DNA of 64,000 bases from an uncultured Spirochaetota bacterium (GCA_963768055.1 CAVYGN010000001.1:864001-928000); one strand, 5' to 3'; shown: positions 1 through 14,043, counted from the stretch's first letter. Program-made: numbers and translations. The notes: a model not told the origin generated them from the sequence alone.

Positions 1-955
1 GTGGGTTTTTCAATAAGGGAACCGGCCTGCCCCCTTTGCCGCTATTGTAAGGAACAAGGAACAGCCTGACAGGTTTCAGAAGATTCGTTCCGGGGTCCGG
101 TTTATAACGGCAGAAAACAATGGTCTTGCCGTCGGGGCTCCATGAGGGCATATCATTCACATAATTCGAGTCTGAAGCGCCAGGCAGCGGCAAAATCTTC
201 CCTCCTGCCGGATCGAAAATTTCAATATCCCCGGCGCTGTAGGTCATATCGAAAGGCTCGCTTACATTGCTTTTTATATCGATCATGGATCTGGAATTCC
301 TGACTATAGCTGCAACGCTGCCGTCCGGCGAGATGCTGATAAATGAAAACTCCCCAATGCTGAACTGCTGTAAAACATCCCCATATTGCGATGATTTTCC
401 AAAAATGAGGCGGCGGTCGGACCCCTTTTTCAAGTTCAGAAGGCCGTTATCCCTGCCGTAGGAATGACAGCCTACGCAGGTGTTTTTAAGTTCTACCCAG
501 GATGACTCTTTTCCCTCATCGAGGGACAGAGTTTCGATAAAAGCGTCCTGCTGCGGGTTGAAAAGAGGCTCTACAAGCCGGTATATGATTATGTCTTTAA
601 AAGCAGATTGATCCACAGTTACATGTATGGAATCACCAGGGTTCGAATCGCTTAAAGGATCCGGGACAATATTGAAAAATATTTCATCATTTTTTAAAAA
701 AGGTTCAAATGAACCATCCTTGAAAACATAACGGGAGCCGGTTACTGAAAAGGATAAATCCGATTTACCGGCATGGATCGACAATCTGTATTTTTTATTA
801 GTATCGCCGTCATCTTCCCAGTCGATAATGGGGTGGCGCCAGTTAGAGGGCACGACCGCCCTATCGTTTATCCCGGTAAATCTGACCTGTGAACCATGGG
901 CTTTCAAAGGATAAGCGAGGAAAAACGTAAGAATAAAAAAAATAAAAAGCTTCAT
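1..955 (-). CDS. Exported TolB-like/PD40-repeat beta-propeller protein with one CxxCH motif (3' end outside window)
   Basis: Not in the ORF track; hand-translated from ATG at 955: MKLFIFFILTFFLAYPLKA signal peptide, CVGCH at 464-478, SISPDG and PSWSPDGKTIVF PD40-like repeats; open to the window edge. Confidence 0.7.
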   Translation of the reverse strand, partial: MKLFIFFILTFFLAYPLKAHGSQVRFTGINDRAVVPSNWRHPIIDWEDDGDTNKKYRLSIHAGKSDLSFSVTGSRYVFKDGSFEPFLKNDEIFFNIVPDPLSDSNPGDSIHVTVDQSAFKDIIIYRLVEPLFNPQQDAFIETLSLDEGKESSWVELKNTCVGCHSYGRDNGLLNLKKGSDRRLIFGKSSQYGDVLQQFSIGEFSFISISPDGSVAAIVRNSRSMIDIKSNVSEPFDMTYSAGDIEIFDPAGGKILPLPGASDSNYVNDMPSWSPDGKTIVFCRYKPDPGTNLLKPVRLFLVPYNSGKGGRPVPLLKNP

Positions 956-994
956 TTAAAGATTTTATTTCAATCCATTCATCATGTCAAGCTG

Positions 995-2839
995 TCACTC
1001 TACAGTGACGCTCTTGGCCAGGTTTCTCGGCTTATCCACATCAAGGCCCTTTTCAACGGCGATATAATAGGCGAGCAATTGGAGGGGAATTACGTTTATT
1101 ATAGGTGAAAATTCCTCTATTGTTCTGGGAATAATAATAATATCATCGACATATTCCCCGATCGACTCGGTTTCTTCGTTTGTGACTGCGATGATACGGC
1201 CGTTGCGGGCCTTCACCTCACGTATATTGGAAACTATTTTTTCATAAAGCGGGTCTTTCGGAGCTATAAATACCACGGGCATATTTTCATCAATCAGAGC
1301 GATGGGGCCATGCTTCATCTCTGCTGCCGGATATCCCTCGGCGTGGATATATGAAATTTCCTTGAGTTTCAGGGCGCCCTCGAGGGCAATCGGATAATTA
1401 AAACCCCTTCCCAGGTATAAAAAATTCCTTTCACGCGAGTATTTCACTGCTATTTCTTTTATTTTATCGGCCTGATCCAGAACGCTCTGGATTTTATCCG
1501 GAAGAGTTATAAGCTCCTTCAGCAGTTTTTCCCCCTCGTAAAGGGGCATATTCTTAAGCCTGGAAAGGAAAATCGAGAGGAGAACAAGCGATACTAACTG
1601 GTTCGTAAACGCTTTTGTCGAGGCTACGCCGATTTCAGGCCCGGCGTGAAGATAAATTCCGCCGTCGCTTTCCCTGGCAAGAGTGCTTCCAATGACGTTA
1701 GTCAGTCCGATAACCTTGGCGCCCTTTCTTTTAGCCTCGCGCAAGGCTTCCAGGGTATCTGTGGTTTCACCCGATTGGCTGATCACTACTACAATGTTGC
1801 CCTCCTGGATAATCGGGTTTCTGTAGCGGAACTCCGAAGCGTAGTCAATCTCTACAGGTATCTCGGAGAAGCGCTCGATAATATACTTTCCTATGATTCC
1901 GGCATGCCAGCTTGTACCGCAGGCTGTTATAATTATCTTGTTAATCAGTCTTGCATTGGCTTCGGTAATGTTAAGTCCGCCGAATTTAACCGTGCCCTCG
2001 GAGAGAACGACGCGGCCGCGGAGAGCTGTCCTGACAGTTTCCGGCTGTTCGAATATCTCTTTAAGCATAAAAGTATCATAATTGTTTTTCGATATAGCGT
2101 CGATGTCCCAGTCGATTACGGATACTGTTTTTTCTATCCTTTCATAATTAAGATCGTAAGTTTTAAAATTTTCGGCTTTAATTACTACGATTTCCTGGTC
2201 GTCAATATAGACGACATTCTTAGTGTAAGGCATAATTGCGTTTACATCTGATGCGAAAAACATTTCACCGTCGCCTATTCCGACAACAAGCGGGCTTCCA
2301 TTGCGGGCCCCGACAATCTTGTAGGGTTCGTCAGAGCAAATTACGACAATTCCGTATGTTCCCTCCACAAGCTTCAGGGCCTCTACAACGGCAGACTGAA
2401 GGTTCCTGCCGTCTTCCTTGTAAGCTTCTTCGATAAGGTGGACGAGGACCTCAGTGTCAGTTTCGGATTTAAAAGTATGTCCCTTGGACTTTAAAAGCTC
2501 TTTAAGTATCTTATGGTTTTCTATAATGCCGTTATGGGCGAGAGATATTCTTCCGCTGCAATCGCTGTGAGGGTGCGAATTATCATGGGTCACCCCTCCA
2601 TGCGTTGCCCAGCGGGTATGGCCGATGCCTACCTTGCTGCAGACATTATGGATGTTTTTATAGACCTGATTTCTTAGGTTGCCTATCCGGCCGACGTCTT
2701 TCTCTGTTTGAATATTATTGTCGCAGTCTATAATAGCTATGCCCGCTGAATCATAACCCCTGTACTCAAGCCTCTGCAGGGAATCCAGCAATATTTCCTT
2801 TACATCGTTTCCGCCGATATAGCCGACAATACCGCACAT
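995..2839 (-). CDS. glmS: Glutamine--fructose-6-phosphate aminotransferase (isomerizing)
   Basis: MCGIVG N-terminus (ATG at 2839), GHTRWATHG, SQSGET, C-terminal DKPRNLAKSVTVE. Confidence 0.98.
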   Translation of the reverse strand: MCGIVGYIGGNDVKEILLDSLQRLEYRGYDSAGIAIIDCDNNIQTEKDVGRIGNLRNQVYKNIHNVCSKVGIGHTRWATHGGVTHDNSHPHSDCSGRISLAHNGIIENHKILKELLKSKGHTFKSETDTEVLVHLIEEAYKEDGRNLQSAVVEALKLVEGTYGIVVICSDEPYKIVGARNGSPLVVGIGDGEMFFASDVNAIMPYTKNVVYIDDQEIVVIKAENFKTYDLNYERIEKTVSVIDWDIDAISKNNYDTFMLKEIFEQPETVRTALRGRVVLSEGTVKFGGLNITEANARLINKIIITACGTSWHAGIIGKYIIERFSEIPVEIDYASEFRYRNPIIQEGNIVVVISQSGETTDTLEALREAKRKGAKVIGLTNVIGSTLARESDGGIYLHAGPEIGVASTKAFTNQLVSLVLLSIFLSRLKNMPLYEGEKLLKELITLPDKIQSVLDQADKIKEIAVKYSRERNFLYLGRGFNYPIALEGALKLKEISYIHAEGYPAAEMKHGPIALIDENMPVVFIAPKDPLYEKIVSNIREVKARNGRIIAVTNEETESIGEYVDDIIIIPRTIEEFSPIINVIPLQLLAYYIAVEKGLDVDKPRNLAKSVTVE

Positions 2840-2898
2840 GTTTTCCGCCCCTTCTGACACCGCTTAAAATTATACCATACCGGCGCTGATTTTTAAAG

Positions 2899-7039
<4,141 letters not shown>

Positions 7040-7187
7040 ACGAATTCTCCGGTTTTTTATAGTAGGCAGTTCCTTGTCTATTTTAAACAGGGGCCAACAA
7101 ACCAAGGAGTCTAACAGTTATTCTTAGTTTCCGGCTAATATTAAATATAGACAATATTATATACTAATTTTTTCAAATTGTCATTTT

Positions 7188-7340
7188 AGGGCGCTTCCCT
7201 TCGGCCCTTCGGAAAGGTAGCCTCCCCTATCGGGGATAAACCCATCCGGGGATAAACGCCCTATAAGGGCAAGCATTTAAGTTAAATAACAAATTGTTAT
7301 CGCAAAAAAAACGAGATTCTTGAGTTATTATAACTGCCCT
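7188..7340 (-). mobile_element. MITE-like family I, copy A
   Basis: Ends agggcgcttc / taactgccct, flanked tt/tt; its reverse complement aligns with the copy at 46263 (agggcagtt.taataa.tca.gaat ... tatttaact ... ttgccct ... tccgaagg ... gaagcgccct). Confidence 0.75.
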
Positions 7341-7422
7341 TTACTGTTTTTCATCGGAAAGTAAAGGCAAAATATGGACTTTTTATTTAAATAACCTTAG
7401 AATTCCCGGCGGAGAAAAAATT

Positions 7423-8697
7423 ATGATAAAAGAATCTCCCGGGATTTATAACATTTTTCCACGCCTTCTTGGCCCGGTTCGGGAATGGTCCGCCCGGCTA
7501 GATAGAATAAAAGATATGGGTTTTAATTGGATCTATTTGAACCCGTTTCAATATTCAGGATTCTCCGGGAGTCTTTATTCAATTAAGGATTATTACGGCT
7601 TCAACCCCTTATTCACAGGCCTTGATAAGTCGATTTCGCCTGAGGACCAGGTTAAAAAATTCATAATATCAAGCCATCGGCATGGGATCAAAGTAATGAT
7701 GGACCTTGTTATTAACCATACCGCGAAAGATCATCCCTTTACGACAGAGCATCCCGGGTGGTATAAAAAAAATGATAAAGGTGAAATACAGAGTCCGGGG
7801 GCCTGGGACAACGGGCAATGGACCGAGTGGGGCGATCTGGCTGAAATAGATAATGAGAATTCCACCAAGAAATACGAACTCTGGAATTATTGGAAAGATT
7901 TGTTGATTTACAATCTGGGCCTCGGATTTGACGGTTTCAGGGCAGATGCGGCTTACAGCGTTCCAGGGCAGCTATGGGAATTTCTGATCGGGTCTGCAGT
8001 TAATAAAAGAAAGGATGTTATATTTTTTGCCGAAAGCCTGGGCTGTTCCATCGATAAGACGATTGAACTGGCGGAAGCGGGATTTAATTTTATATTCAAT
8101 AGTTCAAAGTGGTGGAATTACAGGGATGAATGGCTTCTTGATCAATATACCCGCACAAGGGGTATTGTCTCATCGGTTTCTTTTCCCGAATCCCATGACA
8201 CCGCACGGCTGGCTTTTGAGTCGGGTGGAAATATCGATCTCATCAAGCAAAGGACACTTTTTACTGCATTTTTTTCTTCAGGATGGATGATCCCGATTGG
8301 TTTTGAATACGGATTTTTAAAAAAATTGGACGTAGTGAAAACAAATCCCGGAGATTGGGAAAACGTAAACATCGACCTGACAGGATTCATAAAAGAGATA
8401 AATAATTTCAAGAAGTCCTTCAATATTTTTAACGAAGAGTCTGAGGTTGTTTCCTTAAATGCCGGAAAGGAAAACGATATCCTGGTACTGCTGAAATCCT
8501 CCGAAAAATTTAAAGAAAAAGCCCTCATTCTTCTCAACAGGAGTAAAAGCGAATCTTATAGCGGCGATATCCGCAACTTTCTGCCGGGCTGTAAAACGGT
8601 CATTATATTTCCGGGAAAAGGCCACCGTGCCGATATAAAAGAACCGGTCTCTTTGAAACCGCTCGATGTGAAAATTATATACTGCAATTCAAAATAG
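7423..8697 (+). CDS. Alpha-amylase family (GH13) glycosyl hydrolase
   Basis: GH13 conserved regions DLVINH, GFRADAA, FAE, ESHD. Confidence 0.9.
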   Translation: MIKESPGIYNIFPRLLGPVREWSARLDRIKDMGFNWIYLNPFQYSGFSGSLYSIKDYYGFNPLFTGLDKSISPEDQVKKFIISSHRHGIKVMMDLVINHTAKDHPFTTEHPGWYKKNDKGEIQSPGAWDNGQWTEWGDLAEIDNENSTKKYELWNYWKDLLIYNLGLGFDGFRADAAYSVPGQLWEFLIGSAVNKRKDVIFFAESLGCSIDKTIELAEAGFNFIFNSSKWWNYRDEWLLDQYTRTRGIVSSVSFPESHDTARLAFESGGNIDLIKQRTLFTAFFSSGWMIPIGFEYGFLKKLDVVKTNPGDWENVNIDLTGFIKEINNFKKSFNIFNEESEVVSLNAGKENDILVLLKSSEKFKEKALILLNRSKSESYSGDIRNFLPGCKTVIIFPGKGHRADIKEPVSLKPLDVKIIYCNSK

Positions 8698-8784
8698 AAA
8701 AGGGTGGCAGAAATACTCCCCTGGGGAAGATTTTTCGTCATACAGCCCCTTTCCTACCGAATTAAAGACAATATGCGATTCTAT

Positions 8785-8997
8785 TGAAGTTAATTTTTAA
8801 GCGCATATATGAAGGCAGCGTAGAGCCGCAAGGCGAAAAACAGCATAGCAAACGCTATACAATGCCGTTTATTGAAATTGATCGGTTATTTCAGATAAAA
8901 AAATTTTTTATTAAAAAAGAATTCGATCAGCGCTTGCTACTGTTTTGAACCTTAACGGCTCAAGCTGTCGAATATTGCGCGGAAAAAATTAACTTCA
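8785..8997. repeat. Long palindromic element, family II (complete copy)
   Basis: Perfect 14-bp terminal IR tgaagttaattttt/aaaaattaacttca; imperfectly complementary arms (gagccg/cggctc, aaaacag/ctgtttt, tagcaa/ttgcta) around an AT-rich centre; right arm repeated at 12945-13013. Confidence 0.8.
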
Positions 8998-9033
8998 TAA
9001 AGAGATTTGCAAATTGATCAAGTCGGCCCCGGC

Positions 9034-9243
9034 CTATTTCAGGTCTTTCTGGTCTATATATCCTTCAAGCATGGCTTTGCTGATATTTTCAGCCAATTTT
9101 TCAATGGCAAAAGAAATGTAATTCGGATCTTTTATTTTTTTTCTAAGCTGTTCCATCCTGGTCTGCGATAGTGAGCTTGAATTTGTTTTGACAATTATGC
9201 GGTGGAAATTCCGTTTTTTTTCAATTAAAACGTCTTCAATCAC
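9034..9243 (-). CDS. Small hypothetical protein, FlgM-like C-terminus
   Basis: 69 aa; RMEQLRKKIKDPNY..AIEKLAE resembles the FlgM C-terminal helices; last gene of a flagellar-associated cluster. Confidence 0.45.
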   Translation of the reverse strand: MIEDVLIEKKRNFHRIIVKTNSSSLSQTRMEQLRKKIKDPNYISFAIEKLAENISKAMLEGYIDQKDLK

Positions 9244-9260
9244 TTTTCACTCCGGGGTAA

Positions 9261-9611
9261 TTAATAAAATGACTTTATATGTTTAAATACGGGTCCGCTG
9301 TTTTTTATTTCAACGAACAGCGCATCAATACGGATCTCTTCGAACTCAAGTCCCGAATTGATAATATACATTTCGGCAGTTTTTAAAATCCTATTAGTTT
9401 TTCTTTTATCAATCGATAATTTAATATCGCCGTAATTCTTTTTAAATCTTGTTTTTACCTCGATGAGAACTAAAACATTTCCATCCTTAAAGATGAGGTC
9501 TATTTCGCCGTATTTATTCCTGTAATTTGAGTCGATAAAACAGTAACCCAGTCCGGCGAAAAACTGCTTCGCCAGGCTTTCCCCTTTTTCCCCAATGTCC
9601 CTGAATTTCAT
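9261..9611 (-). CDS. YraN/UPF0102 family protein
   Basis: GEKGE..A, NYR..GEIDLI, IEVKTR motifs. Confidence 0.92.
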   Translation of the reverse strand: MKFRDIGEKGESLAKQFFAGLGYCFIDSNYRNKYGEIDLIFKDGNVLVLIEVKTRFKKNYGDIKLSIDKRKTNRILKTAEMYIINSGLEFEEIRIDALFVEIKNSGPVFKHIKSFY

Positions 9612-10775
9612 TTAATCAATACTGAATTGCTTGGCATGGAGGGCCTTGACTATGTGTATGTCCCTTTCTTTAGACAGTCTCAGGACTGTGCCGTCAATGA
9701 CGTCGTCGCCGAACTCATCTTTTATTATCTTAACCGTCGGGCGGAAAGGGGATACGGGATCGGATGAGATGACTGTGGCTACGGCTTTGTTGCTCAACTG
9801 CACGTAACTTCCGACTGGATATATGGACATCATATTAATAAAAACTTTTAAAATTTCCGGATCGAATTTCTTGGATCCTTCCCCGAGGACCATTTTCATG
9901 GCGTCGTAAAAATCCTTGCCTTCCCTGTAAACCCTGTCTTTAGTGAGGGCTTCATAAGTATCGACGATGGAAACTATCTTGCTCATTTCTGAAATTTCAT
10001 GTCCCTTGATCTTTCTGGGATAACCGGTACCGTCAAATTTCTCATGGTGCTCAAGACCGACTCTGGCAACTTCCGTGGGAAGATTTATCTCTTTGGCTAT
10101 TATCTGGTAGCTGTAAATTGGATGTGTTTTAACCTGGTTGAATTCATCCTGACTAAGTTTTTCCTCCTTTTCCGTGATATAGGCGGGCACTTTTATCATT
10201 CCAATATCGTATACAAGCGTTGCGAGGGCAAGGTTTACCAGTTTAACAAGGGAATAACCGAGTTTTTGAGCCAATAAGACGGATAAGATAGTAGTATTTA
10301 TGATATGGCTTGCAAGATAATCTCCTTTTCCTGCTATGTTAACAAGGTTGATGAACAGTTCGGTCCTTTTCTCGGCCATTATCGTATTGACGATTTTTGT
10401 GGCCAGTTTCTGCACCCTTTCAGTATCTATAGTTTGTTCGTTACGGTACCTGTTATATGTGCCGTTGATATTCAAAATGCTCTCTTTATAGAAATCAAGG
10501 TATTTAGCTGTTTCTTTATCAAGTATTATGCTTTTTTTTTCAGCCGGCTGATTGGATGATTGTTCGCTGGTCGCGCCAGTTCCCAGATTGACTTCGGCTA
10601 AAAGCTCGCCTGCGGTTTCGACATATTTAACGTTCCTGTTTCTGAGATTCGCCAGCAGGTAGGTATCAAGAACTTTTCCTGCCGGAAGAACTATATTAAG
10701 ATTATTATCGAACAGCGATTTGTTAAATTTCATCCCCGGCCGCAGATCATTTAATTCTATTTTCCTCATCGGCAT
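9612..10775 (-). CDS. HD-GYP domain protein (HD motif changed to YD)
   Basis: HHEKFDGTGYP, HPIYS, VDTYEAL; LVYDIG where LHDIG is canonical; N-terminal LRPGM module. Confidence 0.9.
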   Translation of the reverse strand: MPMRKIELNDLRPGMKFNKSLFDNNLNIVLPAGKVLDTYLLANLRNRNVKYVETAGELLAEVNLGTGATSEQSSNQPAEKKSIILDKETAKYLDFYKESILNINGTYNRYRNEQTIDTERVQKLATKIVNTIMAEKRTELFINLVNIAGKGDYLASHIINTTILSVLLAQKLGYSLVKLVNLALATLVYDIGMIKVPAYITEKEEKLSQDEFNQVKTHPIYSYQIIAKEINLPTEVARVGLEHHEKFDGTGYPRKIKGHEISEMSKIVSIVDTYEALTKDRVYREGKDFYDAMKMVLGEGSKKFDPEILKVFINMMSIYPVGSYVQLSNKAVATVISSDPVSPFRPTVKIIKDEFGDDVIDGTVLRLSKERDIHIVKALHAKQFSID

Positions 10776-10807
10776 ATTTCTTCCTCCGGGATATTACATA
10801 ATATATT

Positions 10808-11056
10808 TCAGCCCTTTAAAGAATACACGAAACTAAAAATTTCAGCAACTATTGTATATAATTCAGCCGGAATTTCCTCATTCTGCTTTAATCGGTATAG
10901 CGACTGAGCCAACTTATCGTTTCTATAAATCGGTATATTGTTCTTTTCAGCCAGGGAGATGATATAATCCCCGACAGCGCCTATGCCCTTAGCCAGGATA
11001 TAGGGGGCCGCATTCATATCATCATCATATTTTAAAGCCACAGCTTTATTCTGCAT
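10808..11056 (-). CDS. FlhB C-terminal-like (EscU/YscU/HrcU switch) small protein
   Basis: AVALKYD..AP.ILAKG, EEIPAELY..VAEI. Confidence 0.92.
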   Translation of the reverse strand: MQNKAVALKYDDDMNAAPYILAKGIGAVGDYIISLAEKNNIPIYRNDKLAQSLYRLKQNEEIPAELYTIVAEIFSFVYSLKG

Positions 11057-11074
11057 AAAATCCTCCTTTTAATA

Positions 11075-12058
11075 TTAAACTGAAATATCGAGATTAAACA
11101 ATTTATTTTCCTTTTGTCCATCATCGGAACCATGCCTTTTCATCCAGAATAAATAAGGGTTTTTAAGTTCCCGGAAGACAAGATCGATGTTTTTTCCTTC
11201 CTTAATTGAAAATCCGGCAAGTCCCTGCCTGTTAACTTCAATAAAGCTTTTATCAAGATAAACTTCTATTTTGTATAGTGTTTCGAGGCGATCGGCTATG
11301 ACTATAAATGAACCTGTTTTATCATTTGAAAAATCGAAATAATAACGTATGTTGTTTCCCCATTTTTCTTTTCTCCATTGCATGGGCATTTCTTCCCCGT
11401 CATTCTCTTTATCGATTAAAGAGATATAATAGCCGCTGCCCGGTCCGAAATACAATTTGAAAAGTTCCTGCAGAATTCCGGGAGTATCTGCCGCAGTTTT
11501 CTCCGATGTTTTACCCGAATCAGGCAGGAAATATTTAAGCAGTTTTTTGTAATTGAAAAAAAATTCAACAAATTCGTCGTTAAACTGTACCCCCGCTTTG
11601 AAAAACCCGGCGATCAGATCCGCAAATTCTTCCCCATGTTTCATCAAAGCAAGATGTACGGTTTTCAAGATTTCTTTATCAAGTTTCAGCCCCTTTTTAT
11701 AAATTATACGGGCGGCTTCAAAATAATCGTCGCTCGGCGGAAGGTTAAGTTCAGTCAGAATGGATTTTATACTTTGTAAAAAGTTATATTCCTTTTTATC
11801 GAGAAAATATTTGGATCCTGTCAGCCGGCTTATTACTATTAACTTTACTATCTTCTGTCCGTTTTCCGAGAAACCCGGCTCTACAAGCGCGAAAAAGTTA
11901 TCGGGTACTTCGGCGTCAACTGCCGCTTTGGTTTTAAAACCGTTCAATTCAATCAATGCGGTTCCCTCTTCCCTTTTTAATATTCTTACGTTAACTATCC
12001 TGTCCGGTTGAAGGTCCCTTATAAAAGCGGAATTGCTGTTCAGAAGTCGGACATTCAA
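11075..12058 (-). CDS. Hypothetical protein, possibly FliK/YlqG-like
   Basis: 327-aa ORF with AGGAG RBS directly upstream of the FlhB-like gene; function inferred from gene order only. Confidence 0.45.
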   Translation of the reverse strand: MNVRLLNSNSAFIRDLQPDRIVNVRILKREEGTALIELNGFKTKAAVDAEVPDNFFALVEPGFSENGQKIVKLIVISRLTGSKYFLDKKEYNFLQSIKSILTELNLPPSDDYFEAARIIYKKGLKLDKEILKTVHLALMKHGEEFADLIAGFFKAGVQFNDEFVEFFFNYKKLLKYFLPDSGKTSEKTAADTPGILQELFKLYFGPGSGYYISLIDKENDGEEMPMQWRKEKWGNNIRYYFDFSNDKTGSFIVIADRLETLYKIEVYLDKSFIEVNRQGLAGFSIKEGKNIDLVFRELKNPYLFWMKRHGSDDGQKENKLFNLDISV

Positions 12059-12091
12059 AATATTCTCCTGTTTGAAGTTTCTCTATTCCAA

Positions 12092-12118
12092 TTATCGGCT
12101 GCCGATCTTTTTGTATAA
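12092..12118 (-). promoter_or_regulatory. Candidate sigma-28 (FliA) promoter
   Basis: Perfect GCCGATAA -10 box on the minus strand (12092-12099) about 35 bp before the flagellar-associated cluster; the -35 match is weak. Confidence 0.5.
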
Positions 12119-12230
12119 GTTATTCAAGGATTTCAAAAAAACATATAATATTATTAATGCTTAAATATTTAACAATTGAAATTTAACGAATTATGATATA
12201 TATTACATAAAGAAAGAATGAGAGGGTTGT

Positions 12231-12794
12231 TTGATAAAATTAACCGCATAATTTATAGTAAGCAAAGGAGCATGTAAATTTATATTAAAGATAATATCAG
12301 CATTTTTATTATTTATTATTATTTCGGCGTGCGGCATAACCCATCCCAGATATAATTTTGCAAACGCAGATAGTACAAATATCAATTTAATGGTTTTAAA
12401 AAATGACAGTTATGATCAGATCAAAAGTACAATTAATAACGGTTTTCAAACATACGATCAAATTATAAATATTCCCGCAACAAATAATAGCTGGAGTGTG
12501 AACAATACGGAAGCATACATCTGCTTCGCGGTACACACCGTATCGAATGTTTATTCTTACGCGATATTTGAAGACATTCCTAGTTACGATGGCGCTGATA
12601 GTGATTGTTACATGCTTGTGATATCAGGTAAAATATCAGTATTCGACAATCATCAGTCCTTTCTTGCCGGATTCAAAACAATATGCAGTTTTTTATGGAG
12701 TCAATTTTTATCCCGCATTTATGAAGAAAACGTAAAACTGCCATCGAAAAAAGACGAAGCAAGCGTTTCGCACGGGATCGTTCATAACACTTAA
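12231..12794 (+). pseudogene. Probable degraded lipoprotein gene whose 3' end reads into a family III repeat
   Basis: TTG at 12231 after GAGAGGG, in-frame TAA at 12249, then open frame with signal/lipobox KIISAFLLFIIISAC continuing into the 134-aa ORF; the last ~46 codons lie in repeat 12656-12944. Confidence 0.5.
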
Positions 12795-12944
12795 CCAATT
12801 CTTGTAAATAATAAAAAAATTCTTAACTTAAAAAAATATTCAATCAAATGCTTGCCGCCTTTTTGAGATGATGCAGTTCAAGTTTTCGAATCCAGCGAGA
12901 TAAAAATTGACTACATAAAAGCCTGATGTTGTTTGAACGGCCCC
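12656..12944. repeat. Long palindromic element, family III, copy 1
   Basis: Colinear with 60606-60870 (tgccggattcaaaa, ggagtcaatttttatcccgcatttatgaagaaaa, gagatgatgcagttc, ttgaacggcccc). Confidence 0.85.
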
Positions 12945-13013
12945 ATCAACGCTTGCCGTTGTTTTGAGCTTTAGCGGCTCAAGCCGTCGACCGCGCGGAA
13001 AAAATTAACTTCA
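12945..13013. repeat. Family II palindromic element, right-arm fragment
   Basis: cgcttgc..tgttttga..cggctcaagc.gtcga..gcgcggaaaaaattaacttca matches about 8927-8997. Confidence 0.8.
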
Positions 13014-13107
13014 AAGATAGATTATATATTGATCGATTCGACACTTGCCTTTCTGCATCTTTTGCTTTATTGTAATACTTATATTTATGAAAGCCTTAGG
13101 AGACTCG

Positions 13108-13629
13108 ATGGAAGACTTTTTACAGGAATTTGAGCGCTTCTTTAAAGATAATGAGAATGTATTATACAGGATCGTAAGAGGCTTTACGGATTCGAAGGAG
13201 ACCGCTAAGGAAATAGTGCTTGAAACAATGATGACGGTTTACGAAAGGTGGACAAAGGTGAGGGATTTTGAGAATAAAACAGGTTATGCCGTAAGGATCG
13301 CCGTCAATAAGGCGAAAAAGAGATATATAATGAGAAAAGTGAAAGGCTGGCTTATATTCCTTCCCGATGAAGAATTGCTGTTAAAAGAAAGCGGCGGGGA
13401 AAATCCGGAATTAAAAGCGTTGCGGTTTGAAGAGGAGGAATGGCTCTCCAGGGAACTTGAAAATTTAAGGAAAGATGAAAAGAGGATCATTCTGCTTAAA
13501 GACCTTGAAAAATTAAAATTTGAGGAAATCGCGTCTTTTTTAAAATTAAAACTGCCGACCGTAAAATCGATTTATAGAAGGGGTAAGCTGAAGCTTAAGG
13601 AACGCTGGGAGGTCAAATATGCGGAATAA
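13108..13629 (+). CDS. ECF (sigma-70 group 4) RNA polymerase sigma factor
   Basis: ATG after AGGAG; region 2 (AKEIVLETMM, RIAVNKA) and region 4 HTH (FEEIASFLKLKLPTVKSIYRRG). Confidence 0.9.
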   Translation: MEDFLQEFERFFKDNENVLYRIVRGFTDSKETAKEIVLETMMTVYERWTKVRDFENKTGYAVRIAVNKAKKRYIMRKVKGWLIFLPDEELLLKESGGENPELKALRFEEEEWLSRELENLRKDEKRIILLKDLEKLKFEEIASFLKLKLPTVKSIYRRGKLKLKERWEVKYAE

Positions 13630-14029
13630 TTTTTGTAATATTATTATGAATGAGATTGACGGCGGGAACGGGATACTGACAAAGGAAGCGGTTGGGCATA
13701 TAAATAAATGCCCGGATTGCAGGGCCTATTTTGAAGTCTCAGAGCATATTAAATCATTCGATGAAAGCGAAGATAAAGTTGAATTCTGGAACGAATTCAG
13801 GATAAGCCTTGAAGAGAGAAAGGGCAGGCCGAAATGGATAGCTCCGGCCTTCGCCGCATTATCTTTCTGCGTTATTCTGGCATTTTTTGCAGTTTTTATC
13901 GATAACAAACCTAAAGATAATATCAATGCAAATGCCGGGGTAAATGTCTCCAGCGCCGGCATTCAAGCTGATTATACCGACGATAACAGCGATCTTGACT
14001 ATTACTATAAGATATCGGCAGATATTTGA
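13619..14029 (+). CDS. Zinc-binding (ZAS) transmembrane anti-sigma factor
   Basis: HINKCPDC (HxxxCxxC), single TM segment, overlaps the sigma gene. Confidence 0.8.
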   Translation: MRNNFCNIIMNEIDGGNGILTKEAVGHINKCPDCRAYFEVSEHIKSFDESEDKVEFWNEFRISLEERKGRPKWIAPAFAALSFCVILAFFAVFIDNKPKDNINANAGVNVSSAGIQADYTDDNSDLDYYYKISADI

Positions 14030-14043
14030 ATCCGGGAGGATTT

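Noticed and set aside
2840..2898. glmS ribozyme upstream of glmS
   Set aside because: Only 59 bp intergenic; an AGCGCC is present but the rest of the core is not.
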